Translations under genes and position numbers: made by a program
The notes under the pieces: model-generated
The model's input: the letters and a program-made list of their open reading frames with translations, nothing else
Told to the model about the DNA's origin: nothing
Databases searched by the model: none
From: Provencibacterium sp.
Lineage (GTDB): Bacteria; Bacillota; Clostridia; Oscillospirales; Ruminococcaceae
Length of the DNA stretch: 64,000 bases
Reading direction: 5' to 3'
NCBI GenBank assembly: GCA_022793895.1
Contig: JAAWDS010000040.1
Span: 442-64,441 of the forward strand
Shown: one piece after another, positions 40,563-49,502 of the stretch
Numbering within the stretch: the first letter of the stretch is position 1
How the letters are laid out: each line of letters begins with the position of its first letter

Positions 40563-41206
40563 TTGGGCGGCCGGCGGGGACCTTTCCGGTAGCCCTTTAC
40601 CAGCCCTGGGGCGTTTTCGGGATGCTTTCGAATATAGAAGAAGCCGCGATCGCTCACGATGAGCTGTACGGGGCGGTCAAACCGCCCATGCGGGAGCTGG
40701 CGGCGGATATCCGCCGAATAGATAAGCCCAATGCGCGTGCCGGTGTAGCCGCTTAGAAAGCGGTCGTAGTAACCGCCGCCATAGCCGAGCCGGTAGCCGG
40801 AGCGGTCATAAGCGAGCGCGGGCACGAGGCAGATACTGTTTTCATAACGGACGAGCTTCTCGCAGTCGGTTTTGGGTTCCAGGAGGCCGTAGGATCCGGG
40901 TTCCAGGTCCTCCAGCGAACGGATGTAGTAAAAATCCATCAGCCGGGTTCCCGGCAGGCAGCGCGGGAGGGCCACCCGTTTCCCGTGCGCCAGCGCATGG
41001 CGGATGATCCCCAGCGTATCCACCTCGATGGCGGTGGACATATAGAGGATCACCGTTTTGGCGCGCTGGTATTGGTGCAGGCGCAGCACATTCCCGCGGA
41101 TCAGCCGGTCCAGCCGTTCCTTTCCGGCCGGTTCGAGCGAGCGGCGGCGCTGCTTAATGGCGGCGCGCAGCTCGTTTTTAAAAATACGAATATCCCCTAC
41201 CGGCAC
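40547..41206 (-). CDS. 5-formyltetrahydrofolate cyclo-ligase
   Basis: KNELRAAIKQRR...ILYMSTAIEVDT...GYGLLEP...VPALAYDRSGYRLGYGGGYYDRFL. Confidence 0.88.
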   Translation of the reverse strand: MPVGDIRIFKNELRAAIKQRRRSLEPAGKERLDRLIRGNVLRLHQYQRAKTVILYMSTAIEVDTLGIIRHALAHGKRVALPRCLPGTRLMDFYYIRSLEDLEPGSYGLLEPKTDCEKLVRYENSICLVPALAYDRSGYRLGYGGGYYDRFLSGYTGTRIGLIYSADIRRQLPHGRFDRPVQLIVSDRGFFYIRKHPENAPGLVKGYRKGPRRPPNNKRL

Positions 41207-41739
41207 TGGATCGCCGCCTTTATGCGGGCGGCTTCCTCCGAACCGGCCAGCGCTTCCACCAGACAGAGGCCAAATTCGGCGGCTACGCCCATCCCCTTAG
41301 CGGTGATGAGCTTCCCGTCACGCTCCACCGGCGCGCCGGTGACGGCAGCACCCTTCAGATAGCTTTCAAAGCCGGGGAAACAGGTGGCCCGTTTGCCGCT
41401 TAGCAGTCCCATCCGTCCGGGAACGGAGGGGGCCGCGCAGATAGCGCCCACATAAAGCCGCCGCTCGAAGGCCAGCTCCAGATAGCGCGCTACCAGAGGG
41501 CTGTTCGCCAGGTTTTCGGTTCCCGGCATGCCGCCGGGCAGGATGACCATCTCCAGCCCCTCGGTGGTCAGCTCTTTCCCCAAGAGATCGCAGACGATGG
41601 GGATGCCGTGCGATCCGGTAACGGTTCTTTCGCCGGAAACCGAGACGGTTTTCACCTCGGCGCCAGCGCGCCGCAAAAGATCCAGCGGGACAATAGCCTC
41701 CGCTTCTTCAAATCCATCCGCAAGAAACAGGATAATCAA
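41197..41739 (-). CDS. DJ-1/PfpI family protein
   Basis: IILFLADGFEEAEAIVPLDLLRRAG...LPGGMPG...VGAICAAP (nucleophile-elbow Cys). The likely TTG start at 41739 follows AGGAGG. The upstream part of the listed ORF is Arg/Pro-rich and unlikely to be coding. Confidence 0.82.
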   Translation of the reverse strand: MIILFLADGFEEAEAIVPLDLLRRAGAEVKTVSVSGERTVTGSHGIPIVCDLLGKELTTEGLEMVILPGGMPGTENLANSPLVARYLELAFERRLYVGAICAAPSVPGRMGLLSGKRATCFPGFESYLKGAAVTGAPVERDGKLITAKGMGVAAEFGLCLVEALAGSEEAARIKAAIQCR

Positions 41740-41791
41740 TAGCTTCTGCCTCCTTTGTTTTCGCCGGTCTCCCGGCCTGGGGTTCGGTGAT

Positions 41792-42577
41792 TCATGCTTG
41801 CTTCGCCGCATCCGAGCGGATGGGATGGTAGCGCCTGCGCATCTCCTGCGCCCGGCCGCAGCTCATCTTTCCTTCCGGACAGCTCCCGCACACGCAGGGC
41901 GGTCCGGCATGCTCAAACAGAATGGGAGCAGTCCCGCGCACCAGGCGGAGCATCTCGTCGGCCACCGCATGGATCTCCCACTGGGCGCGGTTACAGCAGC
42001 GGTGCCGGAAAAAGTTATAGAGGCTGCGCGTGTTCATCGTTACCACCATCCGGGTGTCGCAGGCGTTCGGGAGGACAAAGCGGGCGTCCTCCCCGGCGAG
42101 CTTGTCTGCGCGCTTATGCGCCTCCTTCTCCGGAACGCCCTCCGCTATCAGCTCGGCCGCGCGCTGGGGGGCGAGAAGCCCGGCGATTTTCTGGTAGCTT
42201 TCGCGGCATTGCTCAATGCAGCGCGCATATTCTGCGGCGGCTTCGGCGTTGGCGGCGATAGCGGGTGGAACAACCGTTTGGAACCCGCTCATATCGACAT
42301 ACCGCTGGCTTTGAACGCTGTAGGAGGCGATGCGGTGGCGGGTGATCTGCGCGAGAAAGGCGCGGGAAACCCCTTCGATTCCAAAGGTAAAGCTGACGTG
42401 CTCCAGCGGGCTTTCATGTCCGAGCGAGAGCAGCATGCGGACAAAGTCCTCCGCCTTTTGGTCGTCCAGGTTGTCCAGCAGGGTAGGGATGTCCGATTTG
42501 GAATAGCAGAGCTTGGCGGCGGCCGCAATGGTCCGCACCGGGTCGGGGGTATGAGAAATCAGAGTGACCGTTGGCAT
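41792..42577 (-). CDS. thyX: FAD-dependent thymidylate synthase ThyX
   Basis: ThyX motif ITRHRIASYSVQSQRY, plus HESPLEH. The start at 42577 (MPTVTLISHTPDP) is used, and the ORF-track N-terminal extension is rejected. Confidence 0.9.
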   Translation of the reverse strand: MPTVTLISHTPDPVRTIAAAAKLCYSKSDIPTLLDNLDDQKAEDFVRMLLSLGHESPLEHVSFTFGIEGVSRAFLAQITRHRIASYSVQSQRYVDMSGFQTVVPPAIAANAEAAAEYARCIEQCRESYQKIAGLLAPQRAAELIAEGVPEKEAHKRADKLAGEDARFVLPNACDTRMVVTMNTRSLYNFFRHRCCNRAQWEIHAVADEMLRLVRGTAPILFEHAGPPCVCGSCPEGKMSCGRAQEMRRRYHPIRSDAAKQA

Positions 42578-42624
42578 GGGGGTCTTTCCTTTCTGGGGGC
42601 CGCGCCCCAGGGGCGGGCCGGTAT

Positions 42625-43773
42625 TTACCGCAGCGCTTCCGCCTGCTCGCGGACATAACGCAGCCGGGCGGGGATATCGATGTTTTGAGGGCACTTGGGC
42701 AGGCAGGCGCCGCACTGAACGCAGCGATCGATCCCTTTCCCGTTTTCGGCGGCCTTCTCATACCAGGCGAGGTAGTCCTCCTTGCCGCCGACGAGCCGGA
42801 AGCGGTTGTAGCGCCAGAACTGTTCGGGAATGTCGGTCCCGGACGGGCACTCCATGCAGTAGCGGCAGCGGGTGCAGGGAATCTCATAGCGTTCGCGCAG
42901 CCGGTCGCGCACCGCGTCGACAGCGGCGCTCTCCGCCTCGCTCAACGGTTCGTTGACGCTGAAGGTCTCGATGTTTTCGCGCAGCTGCTGCATGTTGGAC
43001 ATACCGCTCAAAACAACGGCGACCTGCGGGAACTGGGCGATCCAGCGCAGCGCAAAGGAGGCTTGGGTCCGGCCGGGAGCGGCCGCAGCGAGCGGGGCGG
43101 CAATATCCTCCGGGAGCTGGGCCAGCAGCCCGCCGCGCACCGGCTCCATAACGGTGACGGGGATTCCCTTCTTTTCGATCTCTTCATAGAGCTCGCGGCC
43201 CTGCTGCAAATCCCAATCGAAGTAGTTGAGTTCTACCTGGGCGAGATCCCAGCGGTAGCGGTTGACAAATTCGCCGAAGAAGGCGGGCGTGTCGTGGAAG
43301 GAGAAGCCAAGGAAGCGGATGCGTCCTTCCTCGTGCATCCGCTGCAAAAACCCATAGACGTCGAATTTTTTAATCTTTTCATCCTTCTCCCGGTGGTTTA
43401 CGCCGTGGATAAAGTAGAAATCGAAGTAATCGACGCCGCAGCGGGCGAGCTGCTCGCGGAACACCCGATCCAGATCCGCCTCACAGTGGATCTCGCCCAG
43501 CGGCATTTTATCGACCAGGATGTAGGATTCGCGCGGGTAGCGGCGAAGCACCTGCCCAAGCGCCCGCTCGCTCTGGCCGCCGTGGTACATGTAAGCGGTG
43601 TCAAAATAGTTTACGCCATTGTCCATCGCATAATCCACCATTTGCTGAAACTCTTCCATGTTAATCGAGGCGGGGGCTCCCGGATCGGTCAACGGGAGCC
43701 GCATACAGCCAAAGCCAAGGCGGGGAAGCCGGATCCCCAAGGAAGGAGGGGTGGTGTATAACATTGCCGTCAT
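42625..43773 (-). CDS. Aldo/keto reductase with C-terminal 4Fe-4S ferredoxin-type domain
   Basis: GFGCMRLP...NYFDTAYMYHGGQSE...FDFYFIHG, and C-terminal CTRCRYCMECP...CVQCGACLPKCP. Confidence 0.85.
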   Translation of the reverse strand: MTAMLYTTPPSLGIRLPRLGFGCMRLPLTDPGAPASINMEEFQQMVDYAMDNGVNYFDTAYMYHGGQSERALGQVLRRYPRESYILVDKMPLGEIHCEADLDRVFREQLARCGVDYFDFYFIHGVNHREKDEKIKKFDVYGFLQRMHEEGRIRFLGFSFHDTPAFFGEFVNRYRWDLAQVELNYFDWDLQQGRELYEEIEKKGIPVTVMEPVRGGLLAQLPEDIAAPLAAAAPGRTQASFALRWIAQFPQVAVVLSGMSNMQQLRENIETFSVNEPLSEAESAAVDAVRDRLRERYEIPCTRCRYCMECPSGTDIPEQFWRYNRFRLVGGKEDYLAWYEKAAENGKGIDRCVQCGACLPKCPQNIDIPARLRYVREQAEALR

Positions 43774-43865
43774 CCTTTCTAAATTGCCGCTTAGACGGGC
43801 GGCGCTTATCCAGTTTCCCCTATTATAACAGTTAGAGGGCGCTCTAAGTCAAGCGGTATGCCGGT

Positions 43866-45473
43866 TCAGAGCGTCAGCGTCCGGATTTTCTCCTTGAGGG
43901 AGGGGATCGCCTGGGGAGCGACCGACAGGCTGCGCACGCCGAGCCCCAGGAAGGTTTCGCAAAGCTGAGGATCGGCGGCGGCCTCTCCGCAGATGCACAG
44001 CGGGATCCCGGCCCTTTCCGCCCCCTGCGCCGCCATACCGATCAGCCTGAGAACGGCTGGATGGGCAACGTCGATGAGCTCCGGGAGGGTTTCGCTCTGC
44101 CGGTCGACCGCCAGGGTATATTGCGTCAGATCGTTGGTGCCGACGTTGAAAAAGTCCGATACCTTTGCCAGCTCTCCGGCAATCAGGGCGCTGGCGGGGG
44201 TTTCAATCATAGCGCCGACGGGCAGGGCGGAATCAAAGGGGAGGCCCGCATGGGAGAGCTCCTCCATCGCCTGCCGGACTGCCTGCCGGAAGGCTTCCAT
44301 TTCCTTCACGGATGTTACCATCGGAGCCATCAGGCGCGCGGGGCCGAAGGCCGAGGCGCGCAGCACCGCCCGCAGCTGGGGCATCAGCAGCTCGCGGCGG
44401 CGCAGAAGCAGCCGGAGCCCGCGCATGCCGAGCGCCGGGTTGCGCTCGGCCGGCAGCTGTAGCCATCCGGTCGATTTATCCGCGCCCAGATCCAGAGAAC
44501 GGAAGGTCACGGGCCGGCCGCCCATCCGCTCAATGACCGCGCGGCAGGCGGCAAACTGCTCCTCCTCGCCGGGACACCGTTCCCAGAAAAGGCCCTCGGT
44601 GCGCATGAGGCCGATCCCCTCGGCTCCAAAGGAGAGCGCGCCGTCGGTGTCCCGCGGGGTAGAGATGTTGGCTAACAGGGTAATGCGGGAGCCGTCCCGC
44701 GTTTGGCAGGGGAGGTGGGAGAGCGCATGGATATGGGCGGTCCGTTTGCGCTCTTCTCTCATGATATCCTCTTCCGTCTTGGGATCGGGATCGATGAAGA
44801 GGAGGCCCCGGTAGCCGTCCAGCAGCACGCGCCTGCCATGATACAGCGAGAGATCGGAGTGGATTTCGGTGACGGCCGGAAGCCCCAGCGTGCGGGCGAG
44901 GATGGCGGCATGCGATAGCGAGCTGCCCAATTGGGTGGCGAAACCCAGAATCCCTAGGTGCATCAGATTGACCGTTTCGCTGGGGGTTAGCTCCCGTGCG
45001 GCGATGACCGAGGGGCCGTCCGGCAGGCTGCCCACCGGGCGGCTGCCGGTCAACAGGGCTATCAGGCGATCGGCGGCGTCCTGCATATCGGCCGCCCTGG
45101 CCTGCATATAGTCGCTGGGCGTGTTTCGGATCATGTCGGCAAGCTGCGCCGCCGCCTGCTGAACGGAATAGGCCGCATCCCAACCGTCCTCCTGAATGGC
45201 TCGCTTTACCGGCTCTAAAAAATCGGGATCGGCCAGCAGGATCCGCTGCACCTTAAAGATGTCGGCTTCCTCCTTGCAGGCCCGCTCAAGGGCGGCGCGG
45301 CAAAGCGCCTCCAATTCGCTGTCCGCATCCAGGCAGGCGCTGTGAAACCGTGCAAGCTCCTCCCCGGCGCTGCCCTGGGCGCGGGGAGATAAAGCGCGCA
45401 ATTGCTTTTCCTGAAAAAGAAGGCGGCCCAAAGCCACGCCGTTGCTGGCTGCCGTTCCTGTTAATGTGATCAA
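43866..45473 (-). CDS. ptsI: Phosphoenolpyruvate-protein phosphotransferase (PTS enzyme I family)
   Basis: Phosphohistidine region GSSLSHAAILARTLGLPAV, with PEP-utilizer TIM barrel blocks GLMRTE...SLDLGADK...GAMIETP...FFNVGTNDLTQY...CGE. Confidence 0.85.
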   Translation of the reverse strand: MITLTGTAASNGVALGRLLFQEKQLRALSPRAQGSAGEELARFHSACLDADSELEALCRAALERACKEEADIFKVQRILLADPDFLEPVKRAIQEDGWDAAYSVQQAAAQLADMIRNTPSDYMQARAADMQDAADRLIALLTGSRPVGSLPDGPSVIAARELTPSETVNLMHLGILGFATQLGSSLSHAAILARTLGLPAVTEIHSDLSLYHGRRVLLDGYRGLLFIDPDPKTEEDIMREERKRTAHIHALSHLPCQTRDGSRITLLANISTPRDTDGALSFGAEGIGLMRTEGLFWERCPGEEEQFAACRAVIERMGGRPVTFRSLDLGADKSTGWLQLPAERNPALGMRGLRLLLRRRELLMPQLRAVLRASAFGPARLMAPMVTSVKEMEAFRQAVRQAMEELSHAGLPFDSALPVGAMIETPASALIAGELAKVSDFFNVGTNDLTQYTLAVDRQSETLPELIDVAHPAVLRLIGMAAQGAERAGIPLCICGEAAADPQLCETFLGLGVRSLSVAPQAIPSLKEKIRTLTL

Positions 45474-45503
45474 CTGGACTCTCCTCTCTCAGAAGATTCG
45501 GTT

Positions 45504-46256
45504 TCAGCCCCCAATGTGATTGATCATGCTGGCCAGATAACCGGCGCCGAATCCGTTGTCGATATTCACAACGCTGACTCCGCTCGCGCAGGAGTTCAGC
45601 ATAGAGAGCAGTGCGCTCAAGCCCCCAAAGTTGGCCCCATAGCCGACGCTGGTCGGTACGGCGATAACCGGGCAGTCCACTAAGCCCCCCAGCACGCTGG
45701 CTAACGCCCCCTCCATCCCGGCGACGGCGACGACCACCCGCGCGCTCATGATAACGTCCATCTTGGCAAGCAGGCGGTGCAGCCCGGCAACGCCGACGTC
45801 ATAGAGCCGTTCTACCCGGTTGCCGAGCGCCTCAGCGGTGAGGGCGGCCTCTTCGGCCACCGGCAGATCGCTGGTGCCGCCGGTGGCGACCGCCACGATG
45901 CCGCGCCCGGTAATCTCTGTATCCGGCCCGACGATCCCAACGCGGGAAACCGGATCATAGCGCATTGGAAGCAACCGGCCGGCCTCTTCCGCCTTTTCGG
46001 GATCCATCCGGGTGATCAGGATGTTTTTTCCGCCCTTTTCGAGCATGGCCGAAGCGATGCCGGCAATCTGCGCGGCGCTTTTGCCCGCGCCGTAGATCAC
46101 CTCGGCAGCTCCCTGCCGCAGCGCGCGGTGATGATCAATCTTGGCATAGCCCAGATCCTGGAAGGGCTCCATTTTTAACTGGAGCACGGCTTGTTCCGGC
46201 GTGAGCTCTCCCGATTGAACGCGTTCCATGATATTTAATATGCGCTCCTGTTCCAA
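45504..46256 (-). CDS. larB: Nickel-pincer cofactor biosynthesis protein LarB (AIR-carboxylase-like)
   Basis: DLGYAKIDHHRALRQGAAEVIYGAGK...VAVATGGTSDLPVAEEA...VVAVAGMEGALASVLGGLV..PVIAVPTSVGYG. TTG start at 46256 after GAAGGGG. Confidence 0.82.
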   Translation of the reverse strand: MEQERILNIMERVQSGELTPEQAVLQLKMEPFQDLGYAKIDHHRALRQGAAEVIYGAGKSAAQIAGIASAMLEKGGKNILITRMDPEKAEEAGRLLPMRYDPVSRVGIVGPDTEITGRGIVAVATGGTSDLPVAEEAALTAEALGNRVERLYDVGVAGLHRLLAKMDVIMSARVVVAVAGMEGALASVLGGLVDCPVIAVPTSVGYGANFGGLSALLSMLNSCASGVSVVNIDNGFGAGYLASMINHIGG

Positions 46257-46570
46257 TATAACCCCTTCTCTCGGCTGACATGCTACCAGCTTATAATAGC
46301 GCGGCGGATTTGTCAATTCCCCCCAGCGCGAAAGTTGTAGAAAGGGGGAGCGGGATGGGGGAAAACCGCCCGGTAAGGCCGGAGATTCGCTTGAGGGAGG
46401 GAAATGGGGAGCCGCCGCGGGGACGGCGCGGCCGCTCTTTGCCGGGAACGGCTGTTTTTCGGTAAATTTGCGGTTGACAGGGCTTTGGAAAAGGGCTATT
46501 CTCTTGTTAAGTACCTAAGCGCTGGTGTGGATAGATACTTATTCAAAAAGTAACGGGAGGCGGATGCAGA

Positions 46571-47617
46571 ATGGAAGGGACCATGAAGGTAGCGGTCATG
46601 ACCGGCATTGGGAAAATCGATTATGAGACCAGGCCGATTCCTCAGCCGAAGGCGGGAGAGGTGCTCGTCAAGCTGGAGTATGTCGGGATATGCGGATCGG
46701 ATCTGCACTACTACGAGAGCGGGCGGATCGGGGGCTTTATCGTAGAGCCGCCGTTTGTGCTCGGCCATGAGCCGGGCGGCACGGTGGTGGAGGTAGGCGA
46801 AGGCGTTACCCATCTCAAGGCAGGGGACCGCGTGGCGCTCGAACCGGGCAAGACCTGCGGACACTGCGAATTTTGCCGTACGGGACGCTACAACCTTTGC
46901 CCCGACGTTATTTTCTTCGCCACTCCGCCGGTGGACGGGGTGTTTTCGGAATACGTCGCGCATGAGGCGGGGCTGTGCTTCAAGCTCCCGGAGAATGTGA
47001 GCACGATGGAGGGCGCGCTCATCGAGCCGCTGGCCGTCGGCTTCCATGCGGCGCGCCAGGGCGGAGCCGAGGCGGGCCAGACGGCCGTTGTCACCGGCGC
47101 GGGCTGCATCGGCCTGGTGTCGATGATGGCGCTCAAGGCGATGGGCGTTTCGCGCGTTTATGTTTCGGATGTGATGGAGAAGCGGCTGGAGAAGGCGCTG
47201 GAGCTGGGGGCGGATGGCGTCGTCAACGCCCGGAAAGAGGACACGGTGGAGGCGGTGAACCGGCTGACCGGCGGTGCGGGCTGCGACCTGGTCATTGAGA
47301 CGGCCGGCGCCGAGATCACCACTCGCCAGGCGATCGCCATGACCAAGAAGGGCGCGACCATTGTCCTGGTGGGCTACAGCGCGACCGGCGAGCTGACCCT
47401 TCCGGTCAGCACGGCGCTCGATAAGGAGCTGACCTTTAAAACGGTTTTCCGTTACCGCCACATCTACCCCATGGCGATTGAAGCGGTGGCGCAGGGGAAG
47501 GTGAACCTGAAAGGGATTGTGACCAACTTCTTTGATTTTAACGATCTACAGAACGCGATGGATCAGAGCGTGAGCGATAAGGCGAATATTGTAAAGGCGG
47601 TTGTGAAGATTTCTTAA
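46571..47617 (+). CDS. Zinc-dependent alcohol/polyol dehydrogenase (MDR family, sorbitol dehydrogenase-like)
   Basis: GICGSDLHYY...GHEPGG...the structural Zn motif CGHCEFCRTGRYNLC, and the Rossmann motif VTGAGCIGL. Confidence 0.88.
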   Translation: MEGTMKVAVMTGIGKIDYETRPIPQPKAGEVLVKLEYVGICGSDLHYYESGRIGGFIVEPPFVLGHEPGGTVVEVGEGVTHLKAGDRVALEPGKTCGHCEFCRTGRYNLCPDVIFFATPPVDGVFSEYVAHEAGLCFKLPENVSTMEGALIEPLAVGFHAARQGGAEAGQTAVVTGAGCIGLVSMMALKAMGVSRVYVSDVMEKRLEKALELGADGVVNARKEDTVEAVNRLTGGAGCDLVIETAGAEITTRQAIAMTKKGATIVLVGYSATGELTLPVSTALDKELTFKTVFRYRHIYPMAIEAVAQGKVNLKGIVTNFFDFNDLQNAMDQSVSDKANIVKAVVKIS

Positions 47618-47651
47618 AGCCGGTTTTCCGGGAAGAGGATACAAAGTAAAA

Positions 47652-47694
47652 AAGGGGCGCGGGAAAGTATGAAAAGGGCTTTGCCGCGCCCTTT
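47652..47694 (+). terminator. Hairpin terminator after the dehydrogenase gene
   Basis: aaggggcgcgg...ccgcgccctt followed by tcgg. The U-tract is weak. Confidence 0.45.
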
Positions 47695-47763
47695 CGGATC
47701 TCTGATTTTGAAAGGAGGGGACGGGATATTCGCTTTAACGCTCGGTGGAAAACAAGGGAACCG

Positions 47764-49407
47764 TTGCAGAGCGGCCGTTCGTGTCAAACAGCCTACCGCG
47801 TAACCAGCCGGGAGGGCGTTCGGTACTTTTTGCGGATAATGCCGGAAGAAGAAAGCGCGGGCTGCCGGGAAAGGTTTCGCATGCAGAAGGCGGCGGCAGC
47901 CTCCGGCGTCCCCGTCTGCCAGCCGGTGGAGATGGGGGAATGTGAGGAGGGCGTTTATATTCTCCAGTCCTGGATAGAGGGGGAGAAGGTGGAAACGGCG
48001 CTTCCTTCCCTTTCCGATGCGGAGCAATATGCCTGCGGATTAGAAGCCGGCCGGATTCTGAAGGCCCTGCATGCCCTCCCTGTGCCGGAGGATATGCCGG
48101 ATGGGGAGGCCCGCTGGAACGCCAGGATAGACAGGCTTCTCGAAGCATGCCGCGGGTGTCCGGCCCGGCTGGAGGGCGCAGAGCAGCTTTTCACCTATAT
48201 CGAGGCAAACCGCAGCCTGTTAAAAGGGAGGCCCCGGCGCTTTCAGCATGGGGCTTATCATACCGGCAGCCTGATGCTGGAAAACGGGAGGCTGGCGGCC
48301 GTAGGCTTTGAGCGCTGCGGCTATGGCGACCCGTGGGAGGACTTTGGCTGCATGGCGCGGATCGTCAAGGTCTCTCCGCGGTTTGCTTCCGGTCTCGTAA
48401 ACGGTTATTTTACAAACGGGGTACCGCTCCTGTTTTGGAAGCTGCTGGCCCTTTATAGCGCCTATCGCGCCCTTTCCGGCCTTCTCCAGCCGCTTTCTTC
48501 CGGCGGGGGAGCGGCGGAGGCGGCGGATATCCTGGGCTGGCATGACGGCATGCGCAGCCCTATCCCCTCCTGGTATTTTAAAGGGTATTATCTGCAAACC
48601 ATTGACGGACGGCCCTATAAGCTGAAGGCCCCCTTTGATTTTAGCTTCTTAGCATCCTATGGCAGGGTGTTCAAGGTGTTCGACGATCAGGATTCCGGCA
48701 ACATCTGCTTTGGAACCGAGAGGGAGGGACAGCGGTATTTTATCAAATTTGCAGGCGCGCCCACAGAGGCTTATGACGGTACGGCCGAAGATGCTGTCCG
48801 GCGGCTGAAGGCCGCTCTGCCGGTCTACCGCGACCTGAGCGGTTCGGGCCTGGAGCAGTTTGTGCAGGCGGAGGAAACCGGCGGCGGGTACGCGCTGATC
48901 TTCCGGTGGGCGCAGGGAAGCTGCATGGGCCGGGCCTACCCGGCGGCGCACCGGCGGTTCATGAGCCTGCCGGTAAAGGCGCGGCTCAAGGTGTTTCGGG
49001 ATATTCTGGTTTTCCTTGAACATGTCCACGCCTGCGGATATGTTGCGGTGGATTTCTATGACGGAAGTATCCTGTATGACTTTGAAACGGAGAAAACCAC
49101 CGTCTGCGACATCGATTTTTTCCGGAAAAAGCCCTGTATAAACGATATGGGGCGCATGTGGGGCAGCGGGAGGTTCATGTCTCCGGAGGAATACCGGTTG
49201 GGCGCGGAATTGAATGAGCGCACCAACGTTTACACCGCCGGAGCCTTTGCTTTCGCGCTGTTTGGCGGCTACAGCCGCAGCCGCGATCGTTGGCCGCTGG
49301 GAGAAGCCTCCTACCAGGCGGCGGCCAAGGCAACGGCGGAGGATCCGGGCGGCCGCCAGCCCTCCATCCGGCAGTTTCGGAAGGAATGGGAGAAAGCGTT
49401 CCGTTAA
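47764..49407 (+). CDS. Tandem kinase-fold protein: N-terminal APH/spore-kinase-like domain plus C-terminal protein-kinase-like domain
   Basis: The N-half resembles aminoglycoside/choline kinase-like proteins, but HGDxxxxN reads HGAYHTGS and IDFE reads VGFE. The C-half has YFIKFAG (beta3 Lys), VAVDFYDGSILYD, CDIDFF, FMSPEE and NVYTAGAFAFALFGG. The frame is open upstream to an ATT at 47728, which lies 7 nt after AAAGGAGGGG. Confidence 0.7.
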   Translation: MQSGRSCQTAYRVTSREGVRYFLRIMPEEESAGCRERFRMQKAAAASGVPVCQPVEMGECEEGVYILQSWIEGEKVETALPSLSDAEQYACGLEAGRILKALHALPVPEDMPDGEARWNARIDRLLEACRGCPARLEGAEQLFTYIEANRSLLKGRPRRFQHGAYHTGSLMLENGRLAAVGFERCGYGDPWEDFGCMARIVKVSPRFASGLVNGYFTNGVPLLFWKLLALYSAYRALSGLLQPLSSGGGAAEAADILGWHDGMRSPIPSWYFKGYYLQTIDGRPYKLKAPFDFSFLASYGRVFKVFDDQDSGNICFGTEREGQRYFIKFAGAPTEAYDGTAEDAVRRLKAALPVYRDLSGSGLEQFVQAEETGGGYALIFRWAQGSCMGRAYPAAHRRFMSLPVKARLKVFRDILVFLEHVHACGYVAVDFYDGSILYDFETEKTTVCDIDFFRKKPCINDMGRMWGSGRFMSPEEYRLGAELNERTNVYTAGAFAFALFGGYSRSRDRWPLGEASYQAAAKATAEDPGGRQPSIRQFRKEWEKAFR

Positions 49408-49409
49408 AA

Positions 49410-49448
49410 AAGGATCTGTAAAAACGCTTTGCGTTTTTACAGATCCTT
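49410..49448. terminator. 18-bp-stem perfect hairpin with AAAAACGC-NNN-GCGTTTTT core (bidirectional terminator)
   Basis: aaggatctgtaaaaacgc-ttt-gcgtttttacagatcctt, between convergent genes. Confidence 0.8.
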
Positions 49449-49502
49449 ATCTTTAGACGTTCCAGGTAAGGGATACGCCGGGCCGCGCGCACCGGCCAAG
49501 CC

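Noticed and set aside
41792-41920. The Cys-rich C-terminal tail of ThyX (CVCGSCPEGKMSCG) as a novel fusion.
   Set aside because: I believe similar Cys-containing tails occur in ThyX proteins of other Firmicutes. Without a search I cannot claim novelty.
45504-46256. larB without larA/larC/larE, next to ptsI, as a novel linkage.
   Set aside because: Lar genes are frequently dispersed. The adjacency to ptsI shows no operon evidence beyond the shared strand, so it is not enough to support a functional claim.
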